From Candidatus Wukongarchaeum yapensis (lineage in GTDB: Archaea; Asgardarchaeota; Wukongarchaeia; Wukongarchaeales; Wukongarchaeaceae), in NCBI GenBank assembly GCA_016840425.1, contig JAEOSI010000099.1, positions 1 through 7,800 on the forward strand: 7,800 bases of DNA, read 5' to 3'. Shown piece by piece: positions 5,723 through 7,800 of the stretch (positions within the stretch are counted from its first letter, which is position 1; each line of letters begins with the position of its first letter). The translations under genes and the position numbers were made by a program. The notes beneath the pieces were generated by a model, which saw nothing but the letters and a program-made list of their open reading frames with translations, searched no databases and was not told where the DNA came from.

Positions 5723-6208
5723 ATGAAAAACAATTTTTTCATCATCCTTCATAATATTGGTTCTGCAAGAACAGTAGATCTTTTCGCTAAAGCATGTTAT
5801 GGCTTAGACTTCAGTAATGTCATCGTGACAAAAGCCTCCAGCTCCGCAGCCATGGCTGGTGTTCCCGAAGCCCAAAAACTCGCCTTCAAACAGGGAAAAA
5901 ACCTGTTATTTTTAGCAGATTTAAGCGACGCTATAGAACTCCTAAAACCCGTTTTTTTATACATGTTTGCGCCAAAAACCCACGCTGAACGCGTGTTTTC
6001 GCCGGAAGAAGCAGTCGAAAAAGCAAAAAATGGCATAGTTTTCCTAATTTTCGGAGGCTCTCTCTCAGGATTAACGAGAAAAGAGCTTTCACAAGGTCTA
6101 TCAGTACACTTAGACTTGCCAGGCGACATCGGCACTTTAGGAGTAGCTACCATAGCACTATTCCAGCTACACAACCAACTCAAAACCCAAGAGACAACCC
6201 CCTCCTAA
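5723..6208 (+). CDS. DUF2122/COG4080 family, predicted SPOUT-fold RNA methyltransferase (often mislabelled RecB-family nuclease)
   Basis: LHN..S...V..FAK..YG, KA.SSAA..GVPEAQKLAFK.GK.L..L.DL.DAIELL.P, IFGG...GL...EL..G and IG..G...I.L. Start at ATG 5723 (GGTG upstream); alternatives are 5699 and 5708. Confidence 0.8.
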   Translation: MKNNFFIILHNIGSARTVDLFAKACYGLDFSNVIVTKASSSAAMAGVPEAQKLAFKQGKNLLFLADLSDAIELLKPVFLYMFAPKTHAERVFSPEEAVEKAKNGIVFLIFGGSLSGLTRKELSQGLSVHLDLPGDIGTLGVATIALFQLHNQLKTQETTPS

Positions 6209-6275
6209 AAACCAGACAAATTTTTACAATGAAACCCCCTAAAAAAGCAAAGATGAAAAAGCTAAAACTCGCCCT

Positions 6276-7238
6276 TTAACTGTTTTTGATACAAGATTTA
6301 ACACATTCTGCTATAACCCTTGCCAAAGGTGGTGGAACAGCTTCTCCAACTTGATCAAATTGAAGACCTCTTCCGCCAAAAAACACAAAATCGTCAGGGA
6401 ATCCCATAAGCCGCCCATGTTCCCTGACGGTCAAAGGACGGTTCCAAAAAGGATGAATGAATCTACTTTTACCCAAAACAGTAAGGGCAGGCTTAAACGG
6501 ATGGAGCCTTATCCAATTTCTCAAACCTTTACCAGAAGCTCCCTGAAAGAACGTTAAACCTTCTCCCCACCTTATGTTATATTTCTTCTTCTTTTTATAT
6601 GCCTTCAAAGGCTCCCAAAAATCATGATTGGGGACGGCGTGTAAAGACTCAGGATCAGGAAGATCATCAATCGCTTCAACAACCGTCACCAGCTTCCTTG
6701 TTAAAGTCTTTATATTAAGCCTGATATTGGAAATAAAAAGCCTCATTCTTCGAGATGGAGTGCCAAAATTCTCAGCATAAAGAACATTAAAGTAAACATC
6801 GGAAAACCCTACCCTGGAAAATTCCTTTTTCAACGCCTCTTTCAACTTAGGAGAAGCCAAAGGCACCACATTCTCTAAAACAAAAACTTTCGGCTCTAAA
6901 TCTCCTATCAATCTAACAGCCTCAAGAACCAAGCCTCCCACTTCATCCACATATAAACGATCAAGTGGTCGCTTCATACGCTTCTTATTAGCCGCACTAA
7001 AAGGCTCACAAGGAGGACTAGCGATTACAACATCAGGAAATCCCACTCTATCCAAAATCTCAAAAGAATGCAGCTCTCTAACATCCCGAACCAATACAGG
7101 AGTCCCAGGAAAATTAAAAGAATAAGTATCCAATACCGGAGGAAAGTTATCAACTGCTAATAAACCTTCAAAATCCGCCTGCTTAAAACCAAGCGAAAAA
7201 CCACCAGCACCGCAAAAAAGATCACAAACACTAAGCAT
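6276..7238 (-). CDS. orphan C5-cytosine methyltransferase (DNA_methylase fold, conserved archaeal type)
   Basis: Motif I DLFCGAGG, motif IV SPPC (7019-7008), motif VI ENV, motif VIII RRxR, motif IX LTVREHGRLMGFPD and motif X GEAVPPPLA. Start at ATG 7238 puts motif I at the N-terminus; the alternative is TTG 7277. Confidence 0.92.
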   Translation of the reverse strand: MLSVCDLFCGAGGFSLGFKQADFEGLLAVDNFPPVLDTYSFNFPGTPVLVRDVRELHSFEILDRVGFPDVVIASPPCEPFSAANKKRMKRPLDRLYVDEVGGLVLEAVRLIGDLEPKVFVLENVVPLASPKLKEALKKEFSRVGFSDVYFNVLYAENFGTPSRRMRLFISNIRLNIKTLTRKLVTVVEAIDDLPDPESLHAVPNHDFWEPLKAYKKKKKYNIRWGEGLTFFQGASGKGLRNWIRLHPFKPALTVLGKSRFIHPFWNRPLTVREHGRLMGFPDDFVFFGGRGLQFDQVGEAVPPPLARVIAECVKSCIKNS

Positions 7239-7428
7239 ACAAAAAAACAGATAGAAAAAACCCTTAAAGGTTTCCAAAGCTAGCTCTTCTTCACCACTAT
7301 TAAACAGTAATTTTCTCAGATATTTAAAGTGTTTAAGAAATTTCCCCGCCTTGTTTTTAAAATAAAAGACTTTAAAAGCCTAATTATTCCCCCATCAAGT
7401 ACAACCAGTATATTCAAAAATTCTTTTC

Positions 7429-7436
7429 GAGGTGAT
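7429..7436 (+). promoter_or_regulatory. strong Shine-Dalgarno site GAGGTGAT
   Basis: GAGGTGAT ends 3 nt before ATG 7440. Confidence 0.7.
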
Positions 7437-7439
7437 AAA

Positions 7440-7800
7440 ATGGTCTTTGAAATAGATGAACAAACAAAAAAACATACCGAAGATCTCCTCAAAAAGATGA
7501 AAAACCAGTAAAACTCAAGGTATTTGTGACAAAAGACCATTGCTTAATGTGCAACGGGACAATACAAGTCGTCGATTTATTAGTTCAAATGTCTCCAAAA
7601 ATCATCGTAGAGAAATGTGCCTGTGGAAAAGAAACAGAAGAAGCTAAAAAATACGGTATAGATAAACACCCAGCTATCCTCATACACGGAGAAGACCGAG
7701 AATACAACGTCAGATATTTTGGATTACCCGGAGGTTATGAGTTCGGCGCTTTAGTAGAAGACATAGTTGACACTTCAACAGGCGATTTAGGATTGACTAC
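7440..7800 (+). pseudogene. protein disulfide oxidoreductase (PDO, two-thioredoxin-fold glutaredoxin-like protein) interrupted by a one-base frameshift at about 7500-7506; runs off the right edge
   Basis: The first frame gives MVFEIDEQTKKHTEDLLKKMKN(Q*), with the stop at 7509-7511. The -1 frame from 7505 gives PVKLKVFVTKDHCLMCNGTIQVVDLLVQMSPKIIVEKCACGKETEEAKKYGIDKHPAILIHGEDREYNVRYFGLPGGYEFGALVEDIVDTSTGDLGLT. Joined, this matches the PDO pattern KM.NPVKL.VFV.KDHC..C ... VRYFGLP.G.EF....EDIVD. It may be an intact gene with a sequencing error. Confidence 0.85.

Noticed and set aside
5797-6557. ORFs 5797-6183 (-) and 6351-6557 (+)
   Set aside because: Antisense shadows of the DUF2122 and C5-methyltransferase genes.
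6276-7238. restriction-modification or defence island
   Set aside because: No endonuclease, specificity subunit, integrase or transposase in the window; the flanks are housekeeping genes.
7466-7472. A-AAA-AAA slippery heptamer as the PDO frameshift site
   Set aside because: The -1 frame is open there, but similarity to PDO (KMxNPVKL) persists in the first frame until about 7505, so the break is downstream.
7316-7540. 74-aa minus ORF, and the 7329-7439 extension of the plus ORF
   Set aside because: The minus ORF is antisense to the PDO 5' end. The plus ORF really starts at ATG 7440, after the GAGGTGAT SD.
1-7800. CRISPR array, tRNA, rRNA or IS element
   Set aside because: No repeat-spacer periodicity, cloverleaf, rRNA-like GC-rich tract or terminal inverted repeats were seen; the only exact tandem repeat noticed is the 17-bp duplication.

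Overview
AT-rich archaeal chromosomal window. The archaeal call rests on SRP19, aTrm5, DUF371, a COG4080 SPOUT-like gene, a PDO-type thiol oxidoreductase, TATA/BRE promoters and GGAGG/GAGGTGA ribosome-binding sites. A TACK/Asgard-like lineage is plausible but cannot be proven from this window. Gene order: a truncated GIFT/DUF4350-like gene (minus strand, missing from the ORF track); a Lys-rich 70-aa ORF coupled to trm5; DUF371; pcm, preceded by a 17-bp tandem duplication that creates a 5-codon uORF; two tandem stand-alone Lrp/AsnC ligand-binding (RAM) genes; lipA; hypA; srp19; a DUF2122/COG4080 SPOUT-like gene; an orphan C5-cytosine methyltransferase; and a protein disulfide oxidoreductase split by a one-base frameshift (missing from the ORF track) that runs off the right edge. 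No rRNA, tRNA, CRISPR array or mobile element was seen. All family assignments come from motif recognition and memory, not from database searches.
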